Translations under genes and position numbers: made by a program
Shown here: in pieces, positions 1-13,290 of the stretch
How the letters are laid out: the number at the start of each line of letters is the position of its first letter
How positions within the stretch are numbered: position 1 is the stretch's first letter
The notes under the pieces: model-generated
Told to the model about the DNA's origin: nothing
The model's database searches: none
What the model saw: only the letters and a program-made list of their open reading frames with translations
DNA from: Heptranchias perlo
Taxonomy: Eukaryota
Assembly: GCF_035084215.1 (NCBI RefSeq)
Contig: NC_090340.1
Location: 5,580,001-5,644,000, forward strand
Direction: 5' to 3'
DNA: 64,000 bases

Positions 1-369
1 ACACTGTACACTGTACTCCAGGTGAGGTATCACCAAAGCCCTGTACAATTGTACCAAGACTTCCTTACTTTTGTACTCCAAACTCCTTGCAATAAAGGGC
101 AACGTTCCATTTGCTTTTCTAATTGCTTGCTATACCTGCTTGCTAAATTTTTTGTCTCTTGCACAAGGACACCCAAGTCTCTCTGAACACCAACAGTTGA
201 TAGTTTCGCACCATTTAAAAATATTCTGTTCTTCTATTCTTCCTACCAAAGTGATTAACCTCACGTTTCCCCACATTATAGTCCATCTGCCACCTTCTTG
301 CCCATTCACCTAAACTGTCTATATCCATTTGCAGACTCTTTGTGTCCTCCTCACAGCTTACTTTCTCAC
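1..369 (-). mobile_element. CR1 RT fragment
   Basis: LQMDIDSLGEWARRWQMDYNVGK.EV.HFGRKN in ORF 215..517. Confidence 0.85.
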
Positions 370-2748
370 CTGCAAAACCTTCCCTGGTCACGCCCGCTCG
401 ACTTTCGTAATCTCCTCCATCCATACATCCCACAAGCAACCGCGGCTTCTCTGACATCACGTTGCACCTTATTACCTCCTCCTCTGATCCACCATGGGGC
501 GTAGCAGTTTTCGCCATTGTGTGAGTTGACTTCTCTGAATCTACCTGGCTTACTTATTCCTTCTTAAGACTTAAAGTATACCCTAAAACCGTTTCATTCG
601 CCTGTACCTTTGCCCATCCTCAAACTTGTGTTATTTTTTTCATTCCACTAAATCACCATTTCTTTACTCCCATTCAATAAGACGTTCTTAGCGTCCTGCA
701 TAAAGGCAAGTTTTTGTTTATACAATGTTCGCTGCCATTATACTTGAGTAATGTTCCTGCATGATTTAGTTTTGGACTTTTGATGAATTACACTTTCAAA
801 TATCGCAATTTCTAACGTTTCGCAGCATGAACAACGCTTTATCTTCTGTCACCTATTTGGTCGGTGAGCACCAAGCCACAAAAATATAGAAATGTGAAAT
901 TTATGCATAACGAAAATGGAAAGTTATTCTTGAGAGAAGTGGAAACGAAATTTAGGGACCTGAAATAATTTGGTTGACATTTGGAGTAAACATGCTAAAA
1001 TATGTTCAAGCAATTTCTTATGTGGAAAGAACTGGTCTCTGAATAATACGGGTTTCAATTTAAATGTGATTTAAATGACGAAATCACGAGTATTGTTGAG
1101 TGAAACGCATTTTATTTGGTGTGCACACAAATGTTCAGAAAAACACACCAATCCGATCGACGAACGTTCTCTAATGTTATACTTGAAACTTATTTGAAGA
1201 TATGGTTGGACATTCGTGGCAGTAGCACAAAAGCAATCAATTGAGATAAATACCTTCTTAATGCAAGTTAATTTTTAACATTCAGAATGAACAAAATACG
1301 GATATGGATGTTCACTTAGGACGAAACCATTCTACTGTCTCCATCTTACTCCGGCCTACGTTGATCCACGTTGTGGCTTGAATTTCCACTGCTCCATTTC
1401 ATGAAGGGAAGTGAAGCGAACTTGCCCGCCGCCCTTCCGCTGAGCGCTGACAGCTAAGCTCTATAAAATTTGGCGGTCTTCCTTACTAAAACAACCACTG
1501 TATGGGCGAAAAGGGTTGGGCCAGATAATTGGGGGTTAATACAGGAGTTAAAGAACCGCTGCAGCTTAAAAGGGAATTTTTAGCATTTGTTGCATTGGCC
1601 AGGAGCTGAGAGTTCTGGCAAATGAACGTGATAGTCAAATTTCGGTGAACCAAAATGGGTATACTACTGGAAGCCATGACAGCAAGAATGGCAATGCTGT
1701 TTTCATATAAGAAAATTGACCGATGTAGTCACAGTGTGGGTATAGTGGAGGAAGTTGGCTAAAATTGTTAGTGCATCCCTTCATGATCAGCAGGGAACAA
1801 GTGATTGTGTCCAGAATGAGGAAAGCAAATGCCGCAAAATCCGAGTGAATTCATATATATAAATCAAAGATATATCTACATTGATCTTCTCTATCACTCT
1901 CTTTCAAATATAAGTTAACAATTCGCTAAACGCCGGGATATACCACTTCTAGCACTTTTGCATTCTGATCAAGAAAGGGCCAGAAATCGCTCCCGAAATT
2001 AGAGCTCAAAAGTGCTCTAAATTTTCAGTGGCAAATTTTAGGATCAATTCCCACGTTTGCACATGCGCAGTGAAACGCGGAACTCTGGAGCTTGCCCCAC
2101 GTGTTTCCACGGCGAAATGAGAGCTTCGAATTAAACAACCATGGCACGCTGCAATCAGAGAAATCATTGAAAAAGCGCAACAATGCTTATCTTCTCAACT
2201 AGAAAATAACTAATTACGCCACCAAATAGGTACACGTAAAATTACCAGGTCTAAACTACGTGTTAACTGCGCGGTTAGTCTAACTGACTGTTAAACAATT
2301 ACAAATTAACTTTTAAAAATGTGGGGTCTAATATTACTCCCTATTTTAATAGTGTTTGGCTGTTAAAAAAACAAAAAATAAAAAAAAATGTTTTTTTTAC
2401 TTTTCCGTTCTGTCTTTTTAATTTAATTCAATTATTTATTTGCCTTTTTATTAAAACAATATATTTTTTTATTTACAATGACATATATAGTATTACCTTT
2501 AAATGAATGAAGATTGTTTGCCTGCTTGAGCAATGGAGACTGAATCATTGGGCATGACTTCTCTTCCTGACAGATTTTGGGCGTGTCCTCTCCTCATACA
2601 CTTTTCCAGCCGTGCAGCAATTCTGGCCGCTTACAGGCTGAGTTGATAGCGCAGCATTGTGTTTAAAGTCCAATTTCAAACAATTCGACGCCACAGAGCC
2701 CGCAGTAAGTAGTTTCATTAATTTAATTCAGAGCAGCTGCGGTGATCA

Positions 2749-3910
2749 TTGTCTTTATACAAGATAAGAGCTCATGCTGTTGGGGGTAACAAACTGGCAC
2801 GGATAGAGGATTGGCTAACTAAAATAAAACAAAGAATTGGGATAAAAGTATCGTTTTCAAAATGGCAATCTGTAACTAGTGGGGTGCTGCAGAGATCAGT
2901 GCTGGGGCCTTCACCTATTTACAACATATATCAATGACTTGGATGAAGGAACAGAGTGTATTGTGGCCAGATTTGCTGATGATGCAAAGCTAGATGGAAA
3001 ATCAAGTTGCGAGGAGGACACAAAGTGTCTGCAAAGGGATATTGACATGTTAAGCGAATGGGCAAAACATTGTCAGATGGAAGATAATGTGAGAAAATCT
3101 GAACTCATCCACTTTGGGAGGAACAATAACAATGCAGAATATTATTTGAATGGAGAAATACTACAAAATGCTGTGATACACAGGGATCTGGGTGTCCTCG
3201 TACGTGAAACACTAAAAGTCAACAGACAGGTGCAGCAGGTAATCTGGAAGGCAAATCGAATATTGGTCTTTATTTCTCGAGGGACGGAAGAGAAAAGCAG
3301 GGAAGTCATGCTACAACTGTACAGGGTGCTGGCGAGACCACACTTGGAGTACTGCGTACAGTTCTGGTGCCGTTATTATGGAATCATGTACTTGCATTGG
3401 AGTTAGTTCAGAGAAGGTTCACTCGGTTGATTCCGGGTATGGAAGGGTTGACTTAGGAGGAATGATTGAAAGGTTGGGTCCATATTCTGTGGAGTTTAGA
3501 AGAATGAGAGGAGATCTTATTGAAACATATCAGATTCTGAAGGGAGCCGATTGGTAGATGCTGAGAGGATGTTACCCCTCATGGGGGAATCTAAAACTAG
3601 GGGGCATAGTCTTAGAATAAGGGGTCGCCCGTTTAAGACGGAAATGAGGAGGAATTTCTTCTACCAGAGGCTCGTGAATCTTTGGAATTCTATACACCAA
3701 AAAGCTGTGGAGGCTGACTCATTGAACATATTCAAGGATGAGTTAGACATTTTTTTTATTAGCAGGGGAGTCAAAGCATATGGGGAAAAGGCGGGAAAGT
3801 GGAGTTGAGTTATAACATCAGATCAGCCATGATCTCTTTAAATAGCGGAGCAGGCTCGAAGGGCCAAATGTTATACTCCTTATCCTATCTCTGATGGTCT
3901 TATGGACTTA
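2749..3910 (+). mobile_element. 5'-truncated CR1
   Basis: GVLQRSVLGP, FADD, RPHLEYCVQFW, NLWNS and CR1 3' UTR. Confidence 0.92.
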
Positions 3911-4559
3911 TACATTTTTCCTCCAGTGCAGATTCATATGATATCAAAGGATTAATTCAGCCCATTTTTCCCTTAATAAATTTCAGTTTTAACCAGAAGG
4001 TCTCCAATACAATTTGTCAACGATTTATCTTGACTGAGTTGTCAATGAAATCATTCAACTGGATAAGTTATCACTTGTGTTGTATCGATGTGTCTTTCGA
4101 GGAGTTAAACCCTCGGAGGACAGCTACAAGAACAAAGAAAGCGTGTAGTTGAATGCTTGTCAGCTAAAGTCTCTCTCTGGTAAACGAATCTGACTTTCCA
4201 AGCCTTCTCGCAGGAGCTCATAGTTAAGAATTAATCTTTTCCTTACAGCCGCCACAACCACCCCCCACCATTGACAGTCTGATTATATATAAGGCCTTTA
4301 CTAACAAAATCTTCAGTGTCATGTATCTATCGGAATATACTTTGTCACGCAAATGTCCACCCATTTGTATTACCTAACATATCATCAAAAATATTACTAA
4401 TATCAGAATATATTGAATGAAAGCGAATCCTTGAAATCTATTTCTACCGAAATATTCACATATATGTAAAAGTCATCACCTGCATTAAAGTTTCTTCCAA
4501 TCTTCTTTTATTGTTATCCAAATTGTGGGTACTTTAAATTGCAATTTTGGGGTTCATCC

Positions 4560-5050
4560 TGAATTGGAATTTCTAATGCTACATCCGTCTCTACTTGATT
4601 TTCCATCCCACACGACGTACTGATGTTTTTATCTCTTTCCTGATTGTAGCATTAAAAGGTTGGTTTTTCTATGGAACATGTGTCAGTGCCTTGATTAATA
4701 AGTTTCTCAATCTCCTGTGCTACATTAACCATTTCATGTAATGGTGTGGTCAGCGTGACTGAGCATGTCTGATACCAGTTCTTCAGGGCATCTTCATCAT
4801 GCATTCCACATAATAGTTGCCTCACGCTCAACGTATCACATTTGCACACACATTTGCATCCCAAGGTCTTGCCACATGTGACATCAGATACAAGACATTC
4901 CTGCGCTTTCAGGCCATCCTGTCAAAAGATCGGATGGTGTCTGGAGGTCCTTGATTATCTCCCTCTGCATGATCCTGATGTCTGGCCAGCTGATCAAATG
5001 CACTTTTAAATTTTCGCTATGAGCAAGGACACAAACATCTCCAAGATAAA
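4560..5050 (-). mobile_element. Possible highly degraded gag-like relic
   Basis: Minus-strand fragments QGPPDTIRSF, QLLCGMHDE...LHEMVNVAQEIEK and a decayed CYN/SCG knuckle-like stretch; weak resemblance only. Confidence 0.3.
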
Positions 5051-7079
5051 ACTATCAATTAACTATTCTTAACTATATTTTCCTGACTTTCACTAGCTTG
5101 TGCATTGATTCCAGATTGATATTTTATAGTGAATCATGCCCACGTGACATTAGATACTCGTGGGTGCACTCGCACATCTTTTCTTAACTTGCAATTCACG
5201 CATAATCACCTAGGGCGATGAACTTAGACCCCATGTGAAGGTGTAATTTTCCTGTTTCTATCTAATATCCTCAATCACATCCTTTCATTATATTTTACAC
5301 CACCTGTTATGATACCAATTCATCTTATTCGGAAGCCCTGGAGGATCTTCACTGTCCAATACAATATAATCATTACTCCATAAAACATCGATCGAAAGTT
5401 CCCAACTTAGTCTAAGTTGTCAACACATGAATGTTTATTTTACTTGAACTCTTCTTGGACCTCTTCGTTTTCAAAATATTCTGCTATATTAAGCTTGAGT
5501 ACATTTTATCTTTTCGAAATTATCCCAAATCCAGAGAGTAGTCTAGATGAGAGATGTTCGTTACTTTTATCGCAACAGCTCCCCATCCCACACCAGGAAT
5601 AGGTTAAAATTGAACTGGTATTGTTGGATTGACAGGACTTGTCAATGTTTAATTTTATTTCCAAAGAAAACATTCTTCTTTGATACACAGCACTGGACAG
5701 GAACCACCGCGACAAGACTCTTTATTAAAATAACAATTTGGTTAAATCCTTCAGGTCAATGTTCCCTTCTCGAGTGCTTGAACAGAAGCTCATTTATCAA
5801 TATATCTTATCAATTTTAATTTCAGAATCAAATGATGCCCATGCTTTGTGGTTTTACTGAAGAGACAGAAATGCTTGCAATTACTTTTGGAATTAACTCC
5901 CATATCCCCACACCCATCACACTTGAGCACTTTGTCCGAGAAGAAAACAAACGACCCGGAATGGGTTAAGGCTGAGCCTTTGTAAGAAAATGTCTTAGCA
6001 CAATTTGTCAACAGACTGCGACTTTTCACGATTCTTAACACTACTGGATATCCTTCTTAGAACAATACCTTTCCAGCAGAGGCTGCTCCGTAACTCTGTG
6101 GAATCATTTTCGTGTCGAAGAACAACTCTCGGTAATACTGCGCCATCATCACTGACGCGGTCCCGAAAAGCATGGTCACCTGCTGCAAAATAAGAGAAAA
6201 TCGATTGTGGCTCTTCTTGAGAGCCCAGTGGATTAATGGAATAACGTGCATTTGCCAATTCCTGATGTCTTTCTGTCATCGTGGGGAAAATCCCATTCAA
6301 ATTAAGAAATCCACGACTTAACAATGGCCGATATATATTTACATTGAACAATGCAAAGTTATTGTTTGGTGAATATTTACTATAACGATTGAAATCAGAT
6401 GCATTTGGAAGAGTTTAACTTCTTTCCTGTCGGAAAGAAGGGGAAGCCAAATTCATCGTCATTATGCGTCAAGAAACTTTCAAATAAATTGAAAGAAATT
6501 TTGCCCAATGAAACGGAACCAAACTTCATTTTTTCCGAAGTCTTTGTTTCCTTAACAGTGATCCTGTGGATTTATTAAACTTGGAGTCCCCAATCTTACA
6601 TAAGATTAAACTAGCACAAAGATCCTAATACAGTTAAATTGCTGCAAATACATTTTAGCTCCTATTTGACTTCCAAGGATCGAAAGATAAACCGTGAAAG
6701 CAAAAATGTTATCATTTTTTTGCATCATGCAGAATGGAAAATTTGTTAAAACAAGCAGAAATCATAAGTAACATGCTTATTAATTGTAATTACATTCCTG
6801 TCAGGCAAGATAGCATTTTAGTTTCTTAATCACATTTTTTTTTAAAGTAGGAATTTCCTCGCTTTTTACCGATAATTCAGATTCACCAACATTTTTGTTA
6901 AATCATTCATCAACTAGACAAAAGGTTTCCAAAAGCACACGTCTTATTAAATCTTAGCTAATTAGTACAGTCCAAACACAAACTGTTTTCAGATTGTTGC
7001 CATAGAGATGGTGGGAGATGCTTGGATCCCCCTTTTCTAATCAGGTCACTTTTTTGATCACAGTCAATCACAAGATCAA

Positions 7080-7525
7080 GATATATATTAATGACCTGGG
7101 CTTGGTTATACACGGCACAATTTCAAAGTTAGCAAAAATACGAAACTCGGAAACAGTGAGGAGGACAGTAATAAACTTCAGAAGGACATCGTCGGACTGG
7201 TGAAATGGGCCGATACATGACAATGCAATTTAATGCAGATAAATATAAAGTGATTATTTTTGGTAGGAAAGTTGAGGAGGGACAATATAAACTAAAAGGT
7301 TCTAATTTAAATGGGGTGCAGGAACAGCGAGACCTGGAGATGAACGTACACAAAGTTTTGATGGTGGCAGGACAAGAGGAGAAACCGTTAAAAAGGGATA
7401 ACGGATACTTGCCTTTATAAATAAAGGTCCAGAGTATAAAAACAAGGAAGTTATGCTAAACCTTTATAAAACACTGATTAGGCTTCAGCTGGAGTATTGT
7501 GTCCAATTCTCGGCCGCGCACTTCG
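7080..7525 (+). mobile_element. CR1 RT fragment
   Basis: MQFNADKYKVIIFGRK...QRDL. Confidence 0.8.
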
Positions 7526-8615
7526 AATCATAGAAAGGTTACAGAACGGAAGGAGGCCATTCGGCCCATTGAGTCCATGCCGGCTCTTTGCAAGAGCAAT
7601 CTAGCAAGTCCCACTCCCCCGCTCTTTCCCCGTAGCCCCGCATTATTTTTTCCTTTCAAGTATTTATCCAATTCTCTTTTGAAGACCACGATGTCAGCTC
7701 CATTGCCCTCATCTACCCTCCCTGTTACCTCATCGATAAACTCTATCAGATTATTTAAACACGATTTGCCTTTAACAAATTCGTGCTGGCTTTCCCTAAT
7801 CAATCCATCCTCGTCCAAGTGACAGTTAATTCTGTCCCGGATTATCATTTCTAAAAGTTTCCACACCACTGAGGTTAAACTGACTTGCCTATAGTTGCTG
7901 AGTTTCTCCTTACACCATTTTTTGAACAAGGGTGAAACATTAGCAATTCTTCAGTCCTCTGGAACCACCCCTGTATCTGCGGTTGTTTGGAAGATTATGG
8001 CCAGTACCTCTGCGATTTCCAACCTTACTTCCATCAACAATCTAGAATGCACCCCATCTAGAACGAGTGACTTATCTACTTTAAGTACAGCAAGTCTTTC
8101 AAGTACCTTTTCTTTACCAATTTTAGCCCATCCGGTATCTCAACTATATCTTCCTTTAGTGAGACTTTGGCAGCATCTTCTTCCTTTTAAAGACAGATGC
8201 AAAGTACTCATTTAGTACCTCGGCCATTCCTTCTGCCTCCATGAGCAGATCTCCTTTATTGTTCCGAATCAGCCTCACCCCTCCTTTTACTACCCTCTTA
8301 CTGTTTACATACCCGTAGAATACTTTTAGATTCCCCTTTATTTTGGCCGCCAGTCAATTCTTATATTCTATCTTTGCCCCTCGTATTTCCTTTTAAATTC
8401 GCCTCTGAACTTTCTATAATCTGCCTGCTCCTCACGTGTGTTCTCAACCTGACATCTGCCATATGCCCATTTTTCCGTTTCATCTTACTCACGATCTCTT
8501 TTGTCACCCAGGGAGCTCCGACTTTAGTTGTCCTACCTTTCTGCCTCGTGGGAATATGTCTAGACTCTACCCGAACCATCTCCTCTTTAAAGGTCGCCCA
8601 CTGTTCAATTACATG
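7526..8615 (-). mobile_element. Internally deleted CR1
   Basis: NYRQVSLTSVVWKLLE, QHEFVKGKSCL fused to the 3' end; PWVTKEI upstream. Confidence 0.85.
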
Positions 8616-9307
8616 CAATTCCATGTAATGGAGATTAGATTTGAATTTTCACGCGAGGTTCCCATTCCCCTCCCGTAACTTGTGTGGAGGTGCCACGGAA
8701 ACCTAAAAAAAACAGCACTGGCATTCATTTATAATTCTAGAATCAGCCGTGAGTTATTAAATTAATGAATTGTACTCATTCCGTTAAAATTAAATGCCGT
8801 GTTTTAGCTTTTTTGGGCGTTTACATGAATTTCCTTTGTTGGTTCATTGACCAAGTGCAATGAGATTGTGTTCATATTGTTCTGCCAGAAGATGGTAGTG
8901 CTGCACTGTGTAAGCTGTGGCAAATAGAACACAATCGCAGCACTATGATTGAGAGTAAAGTGCAGGCAAAATAATTTCCGTGCTGTGCTCCCAGTCTCCC
9001 ACCAACCTCGAATGTAATCCTTCAGAAGTGACGAAACGGCCTGCTTTCCCGTAATCTTCACTGACTTTAAGATGGGATATTTGGAGAACCGCCGCGGAAA
9101 TTGCAGGCATGCGGTTGATAGCCTATTACATCGTTCAAACTTAAGTTCGGCCTCAATAACCTAGAGATAGCCTTGTACTGTTATGGAACAGGCTTATTTC
9201 AAGTTACCTCGGGTTATTTTCGACCTCGTGGAAGATCCAGGCTTAATTTTTCGGATGCATTATGGCAAACATTGCAGCGTCCTGCAAGAGCGGAAGGCTC
9301 GTGACAC

Positions 9308-10937
9308 AAATCGTTGAAAGTGGCGGCACAAGTTGAGAAGGCAGTTGAAGAAAGCATATGGGATCTTGGGCTTCATTAATAGAGGCATAGTGTACAAAAG
9401 CAATGAAGTTAAGCTAAACATTTATAATACACTAGTTGGGCCTCAGCGATAGTATTGTGTTCAATTCTAGGCACCATATTTTCGGAAAGATGACAAAACC
9501 TTAGAGAAGGTGTAGAAGAGATTTACTGGAATGGTAACAGGGATGTGGGACTCAGTTATGGGGAAGATTGGATAGACTGGAGAAGCTGGGGTTGTTCTCC
9601 TTGGAGCAGAAAATGCTAAGAGAAGATTTGATGGATCTGTTCAAAATCGTGAACAGTAGTTTATTTATTCATTCAGGTATGTGGAAGTCGCTGGGAAGGC
9701 CAGCTTTTATTGATCTCCCCTAATTGCCCTTGAGAAGGTGGAGGTGAGCCGCCTTCTTGAACAGCTGCACTCTGTTTTGAAGGTGCTGTTCGATTGGGAG
9801 TTCCATGATTTTGACCCAGCGACGATGAAGGAACGGTGATTCATTTCCAAGTCAGAATGGTGTGTGAATTGGAAGGGATTTTGCAGCTGGTGGTGCTCTC
9901 ATGCGCCTGCTGCCCTTGACCTTCTAGATGGTCGAGGTCACGAGTTTGGGAGATGCTGTGGAAGAAACCTTGGCGTGTTGCTGCAGTGCATTTTGTAGAT
10001 GGTACACACTGCAGCCACAGTGCCCTGGTGTTGGAGAGATTGAACGTTTAAGATGGTGGATGGGGTGCCAATCATTCCGGCTGCTTTGTCCTGGATGGTG
10101 TCGAGCTTTTTGTGTGTTATTGGAGCTGCACTCAACCAGGCAAGTGGAGAGTATCATATAACACTGCTGACTTGTGCCTTGTAGATGGTGGAAAGGCTTT
10201 TGGGCGTCAGGAGTTGAGTCACTCGCCGCAGAATACCTAGTCTCTTACCTGCTCTTGCAGCCACAGTATTTAGTGGGTGATTTCGTCGATGCAAATGCCA
10301 TTGAATTTCAATGGGAGGTGGTTAGATTATCTCTTGTCGCAAATGTTCATTGCCTGGCACTTGTGTGGCACGAATGTTACTTGCTACTTATCCGCCCAAG
10401 TCTGGATGTTGTCCAGGTCTTGCTGCCTGCGGGCACGGGCTGCTTCATTATCTGAAGAATTGCGAATGAAGCTGAACACTGTGGAATCATCAGCAAACAT
10501 ATCCACTTCTGACATTATGATGGGGGTGGAGAAAGGTCATTGAATAAGTTAAGAAGTAATGAAGAAGTAATAAAGAAGTAATGAAATAATGAAGCAAAGT
10601 TCTTTGATTCAGTAAATAATGAGAAACTGCTTCCAGTAACAGAATGGCTGGTAACAAAAGGATACATATTTAAGGTGACTGGCAAAAGAACCAGAGCAGA
10701 TACGAGGAAACATTTGTTACGCAGAGTGATATTATGCTCTGGAATGTGCTGCTTGAAAGGGTGGTGGAAGCAAATTCGTAAATACTTCCCAAAGGGAATT
10801 GGATAAATACTTGAAGGGAAAAAGTACAAGGCTATGAGGAAAAAGAAGGGTAGTAGGACTTTCAAAGAGCCGGCACAGGCACGATGGGACGAAAGGCCTC
10901 CTTCTTTGCTGTAATATAACATGATACTATGATACTA
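9308..10937 (+). mobile_element. CR1 3' fragment interrupted by an antisense LINE/SINE-tail element (~9660-10540)
   Basis: CR1 halves at 9308-9655 and ~10600-10937, (ATGATACT)n tail, possible TSD TGACAC (9302-07/10938-43); absent from copy B. Confidence 0.8.
9660..10540 (-). mobile_element. LINE 3' end (L2/CR1 group) sharing its tail with the SINE-like repeat at ~28480
   Basis: LDTIQDKAAGMIG...SLQH..TVAAVCTIYKMH on the minus strand. Confidence 0.75.
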
Positions 10938-11049
10938 TGACACTGGCCGATGCAGACTACTCCCGTATAAACTGAACAGGGAGTCAGTGTCATGACAGGC
11001 ATGCCGGTTTTCCAAAGTGCTTTACAAGTGAACGTGGATAACGTAGTTG

Positions 11050-11600
11050 ATTATGAATAACGCAGCTATGTGCAATTGTTTTATAACCTCGACAATATTC
11101 GTACTCTTTGCATGATGCGAGCTGCCCTGCATAAATTCTTCCACCACATGGAAAGGAGATTATTATTTTGCGAATGAAGAAATTCAATAAATTTCAATGA
11201 GAGCTTTTGGAAGGTACTGACGAAAGGATGGTGTGAGAATACCAACTCCTATATCCTACTTTTCTTGTTACGCTGCTACTGGACACTGCTTTGGTGTATT
11301 CCGTTATTTCTGTCGAAGCAATGCAAAGAATGAAAGTAACATTGTTGCAAGGTTCACTCCAGCAAGATGAACCAGACAAGGTGCAGTCCATTAATTTGCA
11401 GCTCATGAAGTCTACTGCCTTAGTCAAAACATTTCAAGGAGAATGCACACTTGTGCTTATTGCATCCGCCAAGCGATCGTTGGTCTACGGCAGAAGCCAC
11501 TGGAAACGCTTTATGCTTCATGGTGGAATGCAGATCTTCCAACTGGCCAAAGCCCACCGCACAGATGATGCTTGTTCAGTCTGCGGTTTCCTGGTCCTTT
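11050..11600 (+). mobile_element. Possible degraded gag knuckle/aspartic protease relic (duplicated at ~50800-51300)
   Basis: HDASCPA, then LLLDTALVYSVIS (LDTGA-like) and LVYGRSHW (ILGRDW-like). Confidence 0.3.
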
Positions 11601-11996
11601 GTTGCTAACTTCACTCGAAGCAGATAGGCTGCTTTCTGAATAATCTCAACGTCTAACTCCAACCAGACTGGTATCGTTTTGCTGGGTTCGCGATTGGTAG
11701 AGTGCTTGATTATGTGGTCATGAAATTTTGGGCTGCTCACCACATTTGGCTTTGATTCTTGACTATTAATGGAAATCGTTGGAAACACCAAGATAAGCAT
11801 CTGTTACAATACGGGTTGCACGGAATTCCTCATGTCCCATGACAAAATTCTTCTGTGTTTTAGAATGAAGACGTGAATGTTTCAGTGTGCCAGGAAAGGA
11901 AACGAATCAGCATTGATTCGTGCTGGTCTGTAACATGTCAAGTCCCTTCTGAAATACCCAGCATAATTTCGTCTATAGCATCACGAATTCTAAGAG

Positions 11997-12414
11997 AAGA
12001 CTGCGGCTCTTTTCCATAGAAAAGAGAAGTCTGAAGGATGACCTGATAGACGTCTTCAAGATTATGAAAGGGTATTGTAGGGTAGACGTAGAGAAGATGC
12101 CCCCACTTGTCTGGGAGACCAGAACTACTGGCCATAAATATATTCTAGCCACTAATAAATCCAATAGGGAATTCAGGAGTAACTTATTTTCCCAGAGAGT
12201 GGTTAGAATGTGGAGCTCGCTACCTTAAGGAGTAGTTGAGGCGACTAGCATAGATGCATTTAAGGGGCAGCTAGATAAACACGTGAGGGAGAAAGGAATA
12301 GAAGAACATGCTGATATGGTTAGATGAAGTAAGGAGGAAGGAGGCTCGTGTGGAGCATAAATCTGTTTGGCCGAATGGCATGTTACTGTGCTGTACGGTC
12401 TATGTCATTCTATG
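11997..12414 (+). mobile_element. Short CR1 3' end
   Basis: RT C-terminus plus 3' UTR, possible TSD TAAGAG; absent from copy B at ~51790. Confidence 0.75.
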
Positions 12415-12739
12415 TAAGAGCTCCAGCCATCTTATGGATTTAAAATTAGGGAAATCTCTATCAATTAATTGATGCTGACTCACGATATGTCTGATTCTTT
12501 AAAAATGTACCATAATGAGATTTATCGCAGTCTGCAGTACACAGGCATTTTCCTGCAAGTGGCCACCCTGGACCTGCCGTTGGGAAATGGGCCTGTGACT
12601 GGAAGATTCCATTTAATGTAGCGAAACGTAATGGATTATGCCAATGCCATACTTGTGTGCATGATGCAGGATTGCGATCTGACAGCATTTGCGCATCAGA
12701 AAAGCCCATGTGTCATACTAAATGAATCTCTGAAGGTTC

Positions 12740-13290
12740 ACGTCCAGTGCACGAGACTATTGTAAAAGAAAATAAAGCATTAGAATGTATGGCCAAGATG
12801 AGTAAATGCAAAACTAAACACATATTATACCGTTTACGAACTTGGTTAGGCCTCATTTGGAATGCTGTGTTGAGTTTTGACCCTGTCAAATGGTGAGTGA
12901 TATAAAGGCCCAACTAAAGGTACCGAGCAGAGGCATTAGATTGATACCACTTGGCCCGTAGTTGGAATGATAGGTTTGAATGGATGCTTATTTTAAGACG
13001 AGAAAAGTATGGACTTTGGGAACATTTGACTACGGTCTTTAAAATAATGAAAGAATCATATTTGATCCATCTGGATAGGTTATTGCACATAAGGGCGACG
13101 GGGTATATGTATGAGTTACATAAGCATGTAAACGTGTTAGATGTCAGGCGGCATTTACTTTCACAGAGAATCGTCTACCTTTGGAAGGAGTTGGCAGCTG
13201 GTACAGTCCCCTGTGTGCATTCACGGCAGACATTCGAAAGGAGGCTGTACGAATTATCGCCTGCGGGCGGCATCACTACCTATTGAAAGA
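12740..13290 (+). mobile_element. Old degraded CR1 (pre-duplication; paralogue at ~55480-55960)
   Basis: RPHLE-like, VFKIMK, SQRIVYLWKEL. Confidence 0.65.
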
